DNA of 43,674 bases from Phoronis australis (Eukaryota; Animalia; Phoronida): the NCBI GenBank assembly GCA_002633005.1, contig NMRA01000268.1, positions 373,784 to 417,457 of the forward strand, in the 5' to 3' direction. The first letter of the stretch is position 1; each line of letters starts with the position of its first letter. The position numbers and the translations under genes are program-made. Below the pieces are notes generated by a model. It saw only the letters and a list, made by a program, of their open reading frames with translations, was not told the origin of the DNA and ran no database searches. This document shows, piece by piece, positions 1 to 13,100 of the stretch.

Positions 1-239
1 ATATGTGTTAACACCAGTTTAGTGTTGCATAACTTTTCAATTCAATAGGACTGCAGACAAACAGTTGGCTCAAATCAAGTTGCCCATGACTTGATTAATG
101 GCTTAGTGAACATATTGCACTCTGTTCACTGGCAATATGGGCTTTTTTGTTTTGGGATAAGTTAGGATATTTGCCAATTGCATTTTGTTTTTAGTTTTGA
201 CAGCTGGAGTAACCAAACTATCAACATTAACAGGTCAAA

Positions 240-584
240 AAATACCACCCATTTTTAATGCATCACTTCTTACAGGAACAACCACCCACAATTTGAGTTT
301 TTTTCTAAATTACAGGAATGACCCCCCATAATTTTTTGTGCATCACTTCTTACAGGAATGACCCCCCATAATTTGAGTTTTTTTCTGAAGACCACCACCC
401 ATGAATTTTTATTTCTACTGCCGCCCCCCCCTCCCACACGGATTTTACTGGAACAGCCCTAACCTTGACAACCCTTAAAAGTTTGGAGGAAAGTCCAATT
501 TGAGTTTTTTTCTAAAGACCACCACCCATGAATTTTTATTTCTACTGCCGTCCCCCCCCACACGGATTTTACTGGAACAGCCCT
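240..584. repeat. Local direct repeats, probably a duplicated transposon terminus
   Basis: A block of about 90 bp (AATTTGAGTTTTTTTCT...GACCACCACCCATGAATTTTTATTTCTACTGCCG...CTGGAACAGCCCT) occurs at about 370-460 and 498-584, preceded by TTACAGGAATGACCCCCCATAAT repeats. Confidence 0.7.
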
Positions 585-1148
585 GAGGCATCTGATTGGT
601 CTGTTTGCCGAAAGATGTCTTCAAAAACAAATCAGATGTGTTAGCCAGTTGACCTGACAGAACCAGCGATGTCGGTCAAGTGCAGTTATGGTTTTTGCTT
701 GCAAAAGTTTTGCTGATAAGTTGCATTTCACCAAAAAAATTGAGACTTTTTGAAAACTTAATTTTCTAGTTGCTCTACAGTGTTCTTCACAACCAGTCGC
801 AGTTTGTTTTTGAATGATAGGGTTTTAACAAAGACCTGTCATGTTTGATGGTTGCACTTGTCACCTTGTTCCAGTATTATAGTGAAGACACTGGGTACAG
901 ACGCAAGTCATGAGGCAGTTTTGACAATGAATGCTTGCTTATGAAATGGAAACCGATATTTCTGTTCCATAATTTTTATCATTCCAGCCTCACTGGACAA
1001 TCATTTTAGAGTACAAGACTAAGGTCTCGCAAAACACTCGCCTTTCACATTCGTACTTTGGTGTGATATTGCATGATCTCTCTATTTGTAAGTGTACTGC
1101 ATCTAGGGAACACACCCCAGTCATGCCAAGTCTGTTTTTGATTGACAG

Positions 1149-4100
1149 GACGATGACAAACAGAGCAGTCGTGCCGAGTCATCAGATGAGGGTGGGGATG
1201 AAATTGATGAAACGTCAGCACTTAATACCAGCAAAGCTCACTCTGTGTTCAACGAGTCTATCCCTAACAGTCCTGCATCTATGTCCCAGTGGTAGGGTAG
1301 TTAAACTTGGTGTGCATTACCACTTGAAATAATAAATACAGATAATTTGTAATTGCAGCTGTAAATCTGTTTTCGTTAAAAAATCATTGTTCCAACAAAA
1401 AGATACAAAATCGTGGATCACATTACTTTTTACACTTGTTTTTAATTTTGTTTGTTTTGGGTGCTACATGTATTGTATTTTAATTAAGTTTTATATCCCA
1501 GGTTTCAATTTGTGTTTAATTTTCTTGTTACAGTAGTGACACAGAGGAAGAAAAGAATTTCAAAATCTGGAAAAAGTCCATTATGCTTGTTTACCGGGCA
1601 GCGGCCAATCACAAGTGAGTTGATAATGACACTTTTTGCCCCCCACTGACATCTGTCATCACCCGTCATTGTGATATAACCCCTATCCACCATCTAATTA
1701 CGTCGTCATGCCCAACCCCCCTGCTTTTGGAAGAACAGACAGTTCGTTGAAGATTTAGTCCCTATGATTTTACTGACAAATTATTGTCTCTTTATAATCA
1801 TTGCATATGCCACTGTTGTATTCAGCAATGAAATGAAATACACCATTTCACCTATCAAATCGTACTGTGATCGAGATATTCTGATAAACCATGTGATGAT
1901 TTCACCATCAGTCTAACCTCCCCCTGTCATATATCATCATCTTTTCCAAACCCCATCCTCCCTTGAATGATGACAAGATATGTGAATGCTGCCTTAAAGA
2001 TGAATTTGCATGCTCCTAACTTTCCTTATATGTAGCAGGAACTAAACGACAATGCTGTTTGTACATTATCTACGTTAAACAAAGTGCAGTTGTATTCATT
2101 GACAACTTGCAAATGTGAAAACAAAAAATTCTGCAAACAGTTGACATTTGCACTGATGACGTTCATGCAGTGTTATTCCCAAGCGCCTCATCACGATACT
2201 CACTGGATATGGTTCACTGATTTGAGGCAGATCATTTTCACCACAAAACTCATTCTTAAAAACATTTTGCAATTTTCAACCTACTTCATGTCCGTGCTCT
2301 ATGTTGCGTTTCTAGTTTGACCAATCAATTACAGAAATAAGGAATTAGCCTGCAAGTTCCTTTTTAAACTCTGTGCATAGATTTTAACATGCCTGTAATT
2401 GCAGTTGGATGTGGAGACTGTCAGTTGCTTCGACTCTGGCTCTATATTGTAATTTCATAGATGTGTTGCGTCACTCATTGATTGCATTTCTGATGTTGAT
2501 CTTGTTTTAGATTTGCGAACATCTTCATGCATTCTGTCACTGATGACATCGCCCCTGGTTACAGCTCTGTTGTATTTAGGTAAGCTCTTGTCAGAACAGA
2601 AGGACTGACTATAGTTGATGCTATCAGAAAAGCGCATACTGTGCACGGTTTGTTGTTACAATTGACATTCAAGAATCTGTCATAACTGGTTATGATTATG
2701 AACCCTGCAGGGCTTGGAATTTTCCGCGGAAACGCAGATTTCCGCTTTTTTCAAATGTTCTTTCCGCTCATTTTATTATATTTCCACGTAAAAAAAATCG
2801 GATTTGATATAAAATTTCCGCGGCAAATTCCTTTCTTACCGCGGTGTTGCTGACGACATTCACCTCGAAAAGCGGAAGTTGCTCTTTATGTTTCGGAGGA
2901 ACGTAAATTGTCAACATTGCCGGGGCATCTGGGATAGCGTGGTGGGATTTTCAATGGCGTCTCGTGTTATTGTAAACCGCGGCGACAAATACTACGGCTC
3001 TACAGCCAAAAGTGTGTGGATTGGGAGTGGACGGGCGACCTAAAAGGACGCAGACACATGCTACTGATGGTGGTAATGTTTTTTTTTAATCCTCCCGACT
3101 TGCTACTGATGGTGGTCACGTTTTGTTTTTGTCCTCCCGACTTTAGTCGGGGAAAGGTTCACATCGACCATTTCAAGGCTGGGTAGCGCGCATGATTTGA
3201 GCCGTAAAAGTTTCCGCGTTTTTTGTCATTGGTCATTCCAAGCCTTGACCCTGTGTTCCACATTTTGCAGGACAAATGTTTATCACCATATATTTTATCA
3301 ATAATCATCTTTGAACCATTTTGTAAGTTTTCAAATTTTGATCGTTAGCACGACATTGCTACATTGTTCAACAAAGGACATGTGGACAGGGGCAGTTTCT
3401 TGTGTATATTGACAAGTTTTACTTCATAAATTGAATCCCATGAGAATGTTAGCCTTTTGTAAATATTTTCACCTTTGTGTTGCCATGACATGTCACATAA
3501 TGCTAGGTGTCTCTGTTCTAATGCCATTGTTACAGGCCCATGGATCTGTCCACTATCAAGAAAAACATCGAGACTGGTGTGATGCGGACAACACAGGAGT
3601 TCCAGAGAGACATGATGCTAATGTTTTGCAATGCCATCATGTACAACAGCTCCGACCAACAAGTGTATTCTATGGCTTGTCACATGTATGACGATGTGAT
3701 GCGCAGCATTGAGGTGAGGTGAATTGAGGGAGTGGGGTGTTATGATCTTGAGATGCTGTAGTAAGTGCCAATGCTCTCTCGCTTGACAGAGCATTGTTGC
3801 TCGTGTTTTGAGACAACATTGTTCTCCCTCAGTCCATATGCAGTCCGATATTGCTTTGGATCGGTGGAAAATGGTACTGAGGAAATGTAAAGCAAAGTCG
3901 CTGATCTACTCTTATCGTCATGCTATTAAGATGAATCCTGTTTTTTGTCACAGTTTACGCTCTGTGGTAGCCAACTGTGTGCAAGGAATGGATACATTCT
4001 GACTGTTGGAAATGTGCCTTCGGTTTCGCACCAAAATTTGGATAGATGTACGTGTGTACCTACTTGATGAAATCCAAGGTCTCTGTAAAATGTGTTATTT

Positions 4101-6026
4101 GTTTACTCCTTGTTTTAGAACTCCCCAGTGAGTACATATTGATGTGGATGCAATTTTGTTGCGTTTTAGTTACTGCTTTTGCTTAATTCGATTAGTGACG
4201 AGTTATATTCCATTTTAGGAAGACAACCGAAGTTATTTTATGTTCACAATTTCATTGTTGTTGAGATAAAAATGCTAAAATGATAATTTTACCTTAGTTT
4301 GTTCGCCTTTGTTTCCTATGGAGATAAAAACGTCAATGGTCACCTGAATATTCCTCTTCGAGGTTGCATAGCAACAAGCAACACAGGCAACAAATCATCT
4401 AATAATCAATCATGGCTAGAGTTCAGAAAGGGAGGGAAGGAGTGGTGCAGGCAGTGAGCGAGGGGGAGAGTGGGTGTGAGGAAGGGAGAGGTTCTACTGT
4501 AGTGTGAAAAATGATGTCAGTCCATAAGTCCAAGAACCAATGTATGCAGTGTGGCCTGGTTGATAAGTGCCGGCTTTCTTTCTTCAAGGTCGTGGGTTCG
4601 AGTCCCACCATGTCACACTGCTAAACCCTTGAGCCAGGTTTCTAGCTCCTCAGCTCGGTTTTAACCACATATTAATAAAGCATAAAAATATTTCCAGGTG
4701 ATCAGTGCGATAGGCCCACATGCGAGGCCTGCGCACGTCTGGTACAACGTGTATCAGACCGCCTGCAATTATTTTTGATATAATGTATGCAACAATACAT
4801 TTTCTAATGAAGGTGATGAAGAGCGCTGGGTGAACTTTTGCTTTAACAATTGCTTATTGGACAGCTCGTTCTGTTTTACTGGTTTAAACGCCCACCCTCT
4901 GATTTGTGAGTGCCATGCAAACACCCTGGGCGTTTTTTTTTTTTTTAACGAATACAGTACACGTCTTTTGTCATGTTCTGCAGTAAGTTACATTACTGTC
5001 TTTTCACAGGAGTATGTCAACACTCAGTTGTTGGTACAGTCGTCTGAAAGTAAAAACCTGCGAACGTCCAGACGCTCCGAAGCAAGTGACAAGGTAGATT
5101 CTCATCCCGAGCTTTCAATTCTGGTACCAAACTTTTTGAACTCACTTTTATTTGCCCCATTATAAGAGTAGCATTAGCTGTAGCAGTGTCATAACTGTAG
5201 TAGTAGTCGAAACCATAGTTCATAAGCGTATCCATGGGAGGGGTCTAGGGTATCCACACCAGGGCTTGGAGTGACCAATGACAAAAAAGCGGAAGTTTAT
5301 ACGGCCCAAAATATGCGCACACCCGGCCTTGAAATAGTCGGATGTGGACCTTTTGCCGACAAAAATCGGGACTAAAAAAAACCGTTCCACCTCGAGAAGC
5401 GTGCGTCTGCGTCTTTTTAGCTCGTCCGTCCACTCCCACCTCCTCACATTTTGGCTGCAGAGTCGTAGTATTTGTCACCGCAGTTTACAATCGCACGAGA
5501 CGCCATTGAAAAAATCCACGCTATCCCAGATGCCCTGGCAATGTTGACAATTTACGTTCCTCCGAAACATAAAGAGCAACTTCCACTTTTCGAGGTGAAA
5601 GTAGTCGGCAATGCCGCGGTAAGAAAGAAATTTGCCGCCAAAATTTTATATCAAATCCGATTTTTTTACACGGAAATATAATAAAATCCGCGGATAGAAC
5701 ATTAGAAAAAAGCGGAAATCGGTGTTTCCGCGGAAAATTCCAAGCCTTGTTGTTTGCGGTGTAGAATTCTCTACAAAAACCCATCGTTTTACTTCTTTCG
5801 TGAACAGATGGATACACCTTTGTTGCAGCAGTAGTAACCATAGCGGTAGCCCTAACCTTAGTATTTTATTTTAGAACATGTATTACTAAATACATGTTCA
5901 GAACCCTCACACTGTACAACTACATTACAGGAGGATGATGTCAAGAGGCGGAGGATTTCAAGTGAACAAGTAGAGACATCTGGAGGGAAAACAAAGAGAC
6001 GGAAGCTGCGAACAGACGAGTCATAA
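1149..6026 (+). CDS. BRD8: Bromodomain-containing protein 8 (NuA4/TIP60 subunit), 3' portion; 5' exons lie outside the window
   Basis: Phase-compatible GT-AG exons 1149-1291, 1534-1614, 2511-2579, 3536-3713, 5010-5093 and 5931-6026 (TAA). They translate to ...SIPNSPASMSQCSDTEEEKNFKIWKKSIMLVYRAAANHKFANIFMHSVTDDIAPGYSSVVFRPMDLSTIKKNIETGVMRTTQEFQRDMMLMFCNAIMYNSSD..., matching the BRD8 bromodomain. Confidence 0.93.
2708..3247 (+). mobile_element. Non-autonomous hAT-like DNA transposon (MITE family A), copy 1
   Basis: TIRs CAGGGCTTGGAAT / ATTCCAAGCCTTG, flanked by the 6-bp direct repeat ACCCTG. Homologous to 5260-5749 and 23335-23833. Confidence 0.88.
4540..4775 (+). mobile_element. tRNA-derived SINE remnant
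   Basis: A-box-like TGGCCTGGTTG (about 4552) and B box GGTTCGAGTCC (4595-4605), followed by a CCCTTGAGC.AGG core-like segment. No full tRNA cloverleaf. The 3' end is approximate. Confidence 0.6.
5260..5749 (-). mobile_element. MITE family A, copy 2 (inverted relative to copy 1)
   Basis: Same TIRs and internal sequence in reverse complement. No TSD recognisable. Confidence 0.85.
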
Positions 6027-7122
6027 ACTAGCAACTTGTGTACAAAGCAGATGACAAGTCATAGATTACTCACTAGTGGAAATATTCCATTGATATTCAA
6101 ATTGTACACACAAGGTCTTCATGATCATTCAAGTTTGTATTATATCATGTAAATGTCAGTTTTCATGCATAAAGTTTTACAATTAATGCCAAATATTTGC
6201 TTTTTTAGTTGACACAAGACCACTGAATGGTACAAAGAGTTCCACAAAAGGCTCTTAGTAGTGAAATTTAGTGGGGAAACATTTACAGGACAATATCAAG
6301 ACAAGTCCACAAATCTTCCTTTCTCAGATTATCCTTAGTTGAATTGAATGGGTATAAGAAAAACCAAGTTCATTTCAGCTCAGGCTCGAAATGTTTGCAA
6401 GTCATGGCGAGTTAGTTTAAGCCACTGAATCAATGTGGTCGCCTGCAGAATTTCAGAAGAGAAGGGCAAAATGTGCACATCAAGAAAGGTGTTCTTGACC
6501 CCAGAATATGGTTTACAAGAGCTTCCGAGTTATGTTAACCCCAGTTTTGGTGACTTAAACCAATACTCCCCTCCTCCGCTAACACAACTCTGGCCAAAAC
6601 CAGACTTAGTGTCTTGTTAAACATACAAAAAAATAAGTTTATAACAACCTCGGGTGTGACCAAAATGTTACTTTACGCCAGATTCATTATCACTTCATGG
6701 GCATTGCTTTATCAAAATGTAGATAATCACTATGCAAATTTCGATACGGTCAACAACGATATGATAACAAGCATTGGGGGAATGCTTATGAACGAATAAC
6801 ATTTCCGTTGTAATTTTACATGACGCGCCTTCAGAAACCAAACTGATTTTCAAAAGAATAAACAACCAAATCAAGGTAAGTATTTTATTTAAATACCATC
6901 AACTAAACACATATTCATAACAGAAATTAATTTAAGATTTTCATTGACAATGACACTGTCAAACAACAGACAATATGTTGTATGTTGAATAAGGCGAGTC
7001 TAAATAAGCAAAAAAACCTGCTTATTAGCAGCATACAACTGCCAAAACCAAGCAGACTTTTCAAGAACCTTTTGATGTATTGATTATATTGATGCGCATG
7101 TAGCACTCTGTGCACACAGGTC

Positions 7123-10100
7123 TCAACGTCTGTTGACCGTCGTCCAACCATCGTCTTGAGGTTCACCTTCACGAGGCTTAGCAGGACCTAGTGAACACAA
7201 AAATGTGAGTCACAGGGAAGTCTGGAAGCACCCACTAAAAAGTCAAAACTAAATGGTTTGACATGCAGGTCTATCTCCCTGACACTTCACCCCAAGGCCT
7301 GCTTTGCGAAAACCACAAAATATTTACAAGTGTTACGCGATAGCTTTTGGAATTATCTGGGAACTTAAACAAAATTGCAGGGGCAAAAATGAGTTGACAG
7401 GACTTTCCCAACTTTTGTTGTTGAACTCTGTCAAAACAAAGGCGATTCGGAGAGTCTACCAAATTCACGTCCCACACAAGGCATTTGAGCTGAAGTCAAA
7501 CTTGAAATCTCGCATAAACGAAGTTAATAGTGAATCTTGTAAGCAACTGAATCCCACTCAGTACATAGTACTATCATGTGCAATTAAGAACACCATATTG
7601 AATACCAAACCAAAAGGTCCCCCCCCAGAACATGAACCAAAACAATGGTGGCAAAAATGGCTCCAGGTTTCCACATTGTCTCTGACCGACCCTGCTATCT
7701 ACCTCTCAATTCGAAAATCGATCGTCTTCCAGGACATATTCACACAATTTTGCCAACCTTGTACTTTGCGACAGTGGTTAAACCTACCCTATTGTCCCAG
7801 TCTAAAGCCTGCATAACTAACGAGATCCTCTAGTCACACCTTTATCCTACATCAACACACACATACTCCTCACATATGAACCTACCTCTTCTCCATGCAC
7901 CTTCATCCTCACGACGCGGACCGTCTCTTGACGGACCATCCCTTGGTGGACCTCGCCTGCGGTCGTCATCCCTGGAAACGTACAGCATTGAGAAATTAGT
8001 GTACTCTCATTTCAGCAGGAACTGACATGAATGTATTAAAATATGACAAAAACACCCCACCATACAACAAGAAGCAAATGTAACCAGCAGCCAAAAAATC
8101 AAATTTATGGCAATATCACACACAAGATGTGAGTTTCCTTTCAGACAAATGCCTCAATTATGCATCAACGACACGGTGCAAAGATGCCACAGAAACCACT
8201 GTCCTGACAACACAGAACATGACTTGAAGACTGGTTGCTATGGATTGTGTACACAAAGTCAGACTCGTCATCGCGTAACGACTACAGCTAACACCACACT
8301 TTAATGAGAATGAACAAAACAACCAACATATGCCACACAAAAGGTAGATGTTACCAATGCCAACCATATTTAGTAGTAAGATTTATTTATTCTGACTTCC
8401 ACAAGAGTGCAGCACGATACAGAAACATATAGAAAAGTATATGCTGATATGAACAGTAACGGAAATATTTAAGAAACATTGAAAATTAAAAAACAACACT
8501 ACCACGCTGACATTACACGCCTGTACAGTGTTTGAACAGTAAGATCATGCCATAGCTTAACAGATCTACTTTCATAAGTTTGGTTCAATTTCACGCAAGC
8601 GAATATTCTGGTTGAGGGAAGATTTGGTCTGTCTGCTCTAGATTTGGTTTATAAATACTCCACCACACAGGTAGTAAGGAGACAGATAGTCATGTGTGTT
8701 GACTTCCGTTGAACACGTATGACGAGATCTGCTCTCATCCAATCTACACCACCTTACAGCGCTACAAAGACAGTTTGCGAACAGAATAGCTGCCCCATTA
8801 CTGGTTCACGCCTCATTCTAATAAAATACAGCATTCCAATAGTTAAGGGATTCAACCAATTTTCATTACCTGCGGAAGGAGTCTCTATCATCTCTGGGTG
8901 GTCCTCCACGTCTCCACGGGCCATCATCATTCCTTGATCCTACGACAAGCAGAAACAAATGGGTGCTTAAGTACAGTAATAAGTGGCACAGGAGCAAAAG
9001 TTAACCAACCTTGAAAATGGATGCACAAGATAACAACCGTCAAATGCAGTTACTTCATTACCTAGCTGACTACACAAAAGAATTCTACTCTACATTTACT
9101 GCAAGGATACACACCAGAAAAGCAACTATGTGCAAACTGTATTTTATGCTGCGTGGCTGCGAGTTGACCTTGGATTTTGGCTCAAATCATAGCCAAGGAC
9201 TTGAAACATCAGAACAGTTAGCAATAGAAACCATCATGGAATAAACATGGGACAAACATGTAACCAATAACACTGTAATTTTAAAGAGTTAGCAAAAACA
9301 TATAAAAGAACTTTTTTCAAGCAAGTCCACTTACCACGGTCGTCCCTTGGAGGTCCCCGAGACCATCGGTCATCTGATGGAGCGCCACGGTCGTCATCAC
9401 GACGCCATCTGCAGGAGAAAAACATGCTCAAGCAATGAAATTAGCTCCCCACAACAGGAAATTTGTTACAACAATGGCGGTCTACTCATGCCTGCTAACT
9501 TGAAAATTTTAAAACGCAGATAAAAACGAAAAAATTACCATCTTTTGAGTGACACAAATCATTGCCTATAACCATACTTTTTTTACAGTTTTTCTGACCA
9601 GTTAGTGCTGAAAGGAGGGATCACAATGCAGAAATACATTGAAATTCTAATTCACTAACCTATTTTCAGGTGGCATATCTCGCCTGAAATCACGAGCAGG
9701 CATGTCGTCTCGTTTCCAGCGACCCTCATCTCTTGGAGGGGGGTCATCTCTTCTCCAGCGACCTTCATCACGTGCAGGGGGTTCATCACGCCTCCACCTT
9801 CCCTCATCCCTCGCAGGAGGCTCTTCACGTTTCCAACGACCCTCATCTCGCGGCGGAGGCTCATCTCTCCTCCAGCGGCCCTCATCTCGTGGCGGAGGCT
9901 CATCTCTCCTCCAGCGACCCTCATCGCGAGGTGGGTAATCATCTCGCCTAGATCTTCCTTCATCTCTTGGAGGGGGTTCATCTCGTCTCCAGCGGCCATC
10001 GTCCCTTGGAGGTGGCTCATCCCGTCTCCAACGACCTTCATCTTTCGGACGAGGTTCATCCCGTCTCCAACGACCCTCATCCTGCCCAAATTCTGCGTCC

Positions 10101-13100
10101 CTGTCAAAATTAAAGACTAAAAATAGCTTACTTGGTTCTGGTCTGCACTCAACTCATTTTGAAATCTGCATCTCTCTCTTGAAAGAAAAAAGCAACTGTC
10201 CTGACCATTTTCAACGAAGTTCTTTCTTCCCAAAACTAAATGAATGAATCCATTAAGGTAGTGTTTTAAAAAAGTGGCATGTTATCATGATGGCAAGGCA
10301 TGCAGTTTTGATCCAGTCATCCTCGACCCTTCTCTAGTAAAATTACAAATAACGGAATGAATAACTGTTGATATTTTTTCATAGCCTAACACAGACAGTA
10401 GCTGTGCTTGGGGTAGACAAATATCTTTAATGTTCGCCCCTCTATGACACCATTGAGCGTACATGACACACATGGCAACGCCTCGAGGAGCTGCAGTTAT
10501 AACTGCACAAAAAAAAACGAGAAAACAGATTCAGACAATTGACAGCACAGGTATGCTGACCATAATAACAAAGCGCATGCATTTTGAGAAAAAATACTTG
10601 CACAAATCCCGATAGATTCTGAAAGAATAAGATGTGGTAAAACACTATTCGGCTTAATTCTAGTGATCATAAGACCAGTTGCAAAGATGGCCACAATGTC
10701 CAGTAGTGGCTAGCATTCACATGCTTAAGATAAAAGCTCTTACTTCTTCCTCCAACTTTCCTCCCTTTCCTTCTCTCTTGCTCTCCAACCTCCTCCATCT
10801 CTGGCTCCTGGACGCCACGGACCAACTGGCTTGTCTTCTCTACAATGACGGGAAGAAACAATCAGTAAACCACAGTACTGGAAAATATTAAGTGTTACAC
10901 TACATTTACTCAATCTTGATCTTTCTATAATCTTGGTCTTCCTCTGCTTCCTCAACCTTACTCTGCATGACTCTCCCAACGACTGCTCTGCTGTCTCACA
11001 GCCTCAGACTCATGTTCCCCACACTCAACTACCATCACACTCCACTACCATAGTTTTAATCAACCCTCTCCAGTTTCCTAAGAACCTCAGCCTTCTGGTC
11101 TGCTCTCATCTCTATCTGCCACTTTCTGACCCTCCATGACCTTTCACTACCCTACCCTTACCTGACCCGCTCCTGTTCCCTCAAAGCTTCAGCCTTCTTC
11201 TGCTCTGCTCTCATCTCTATCTCTCGCTCCTTTTCCCTTTGCTTGGCAGCTTGCTCCTCCAACTTCTTAATTTTCTCTTCATACTCTTTCTGTTCACGCT
11301 CCATTCTCTCCTTCTCAAGCCTCTCCTTCTCTTCACGCTCTGAAACATCACACTTTCAGTGCAGGAGTCACAGCTTGTGGGTTATTAGGACATCAATACG
11401 AGTCAGAGGTGAGCTTCGTTTTGTGGACACCGAGTTTGTAAGAAAAATTTAATATATGAAACGGGGCGAGTGAACACACCTGCACACAATCAACACCAGC
11501 CTTGTATTCCCCGATCCATGCTTCATCTCAATTTTCTTTTATGACGAAGCTCACAGGTGGTATAAAGGTGTGTTAAAAAACCACTTCACTTCTGGGCCCT
11601 CAAAATAAATCTAAAACATGCAGCCTCTGCAACAGAAGCTTGCTGAATTTTGTAACTAAGAATTTTATCACAGTTTGTACATCTGTCAGCAACCATCTAT
11701 CAACAAACTCGCGTTTCAACCCAGACAACGCAACACCACTCAAGTATGACCCTACCTCTCTTAAGCGCCTCCTCTCTGGCCGCCTGTTCTGCCTCCTCCT
11801 TCTCTTGGTACCACTTGGCACGACGCTCTTCGCGACGCTTCTCCTTCCGTTCCGCCAACCGCTTCCGCTTCTCTTCACTTAGAGTCTTCTCAAATGATTT
11901 GAGTTTCTCCTGCAAGATCAACATAGGCTGACGTCAGCAGGCGTTCGTTCCACGTGCACTTGCTCAACAGTAGATCCCAGAGATCTCACCCCTGAACACG
12001 AGATACACATGTCAATTCACTATTTCACAAGACTTGTTCCTTTTATTCGGCACACAATATGGAAAAAAGTGGGATTTTATTTCCTCAAATTCCTTAAACA
12101 AATTACTTGTTTAGTCACTTGATCATGTCTTTTTAGCAAAATACAAAGATTCATTCACTGCAAAATAACAGTATCAATAACATGACCACATTTCTTTTGA
12201 TAATGAAGTACAAGACGAAATCTCAAAAACACTTCATTTTCTCAATTATTGTGGTTTCGTGCAATTGTGAGTTCTTTTTCTTTCATAAATATGTTAGATT
12301 TGATCAATTTTTCAACATACATTACGCATTGTTCTGCAGTTCTTATGTTTTCTGGACTGATTTCAAAAAGCCTTAGAAATTGAAACAAACCCAAAAAATG
12401 TTGGAGGGTCCGTCCATTGGTACTGGTGTTTGGAAGTGTGAACACTATAAAAGACCCTATTTTGACACCCCTTCCTACAAAGCAGAAACATTTTAAAAAT
12501 AATTCATTCTGGAAAACAGTGGACCTGACCAGCTGGGACACGATGTTCCGAACTTAGTCAAAAGTGAATATTTTTCACTAGTCTCTCATCCTGTCAAGTG
12601 AACTTTACAGACCTTGTAGACAGACAACCTTTCAGCCTTGAGACCATCCAGAAAGCTGTCCTTGTCCTCCACCATCCTGGTCAGTCTCTCCTTATGCTGC
12701 AGCGCTATTTCACGATCACGTTTCAGCTGATCAATCTGTCAACACAAGGTTCCATCTCACAAGAGGCCAGTTCAGTAGCAAGAGCACACACCTTAAGTAA
12801 GCTTGACCACATGTCTTAAGGGAGAGCAAGCGCCCTCCTCAAGAGGGAGCACACTATTGAACATCAGCATGCATTCGCGTCACAAAACAAAGAAAGGCTT
12901 CTATAAGCACACACATTATTTAATTAAATTACTGATTTCTGCAGCAAATTTAAGACAATATTGTTGTGCATATTCCAGTGTACTTCCAAAACATACCGCT
13001 CAGAATCATTGTCGTTGCTTAGGCTCTAGTGTCATGTCGGACACCATTTTGGATTTATACGTGAGCTAGATGTCAAGAGTGATCACGAGTGTTCGTTTTA

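Noticed and set aside
4546-4612. tRNA gene
   Set aside because: A and B boxes are present, but there is no convincing acceptor or anticodon stem and it runs into SINE-like body sequence.
7668-7810. Possible extra H/ACA snoRNA with GTAGATAG complementary to LSU CUAUCUAC
   Set aside because: I could not build a convincing two-hairpin fold with a correctly spaced pocket by eye.
7304-7816. 170-aa ORF on +
   Set aside because: It has a non-ATG start, lies antisense within an EIF3A intron and shows no recognisable domain.
9655-10107. 150-aa repetitive ORF (MRVVGDG...) in the ORF track
   Set aside because: It is an alternative frame of the EIF3A repeat exon.
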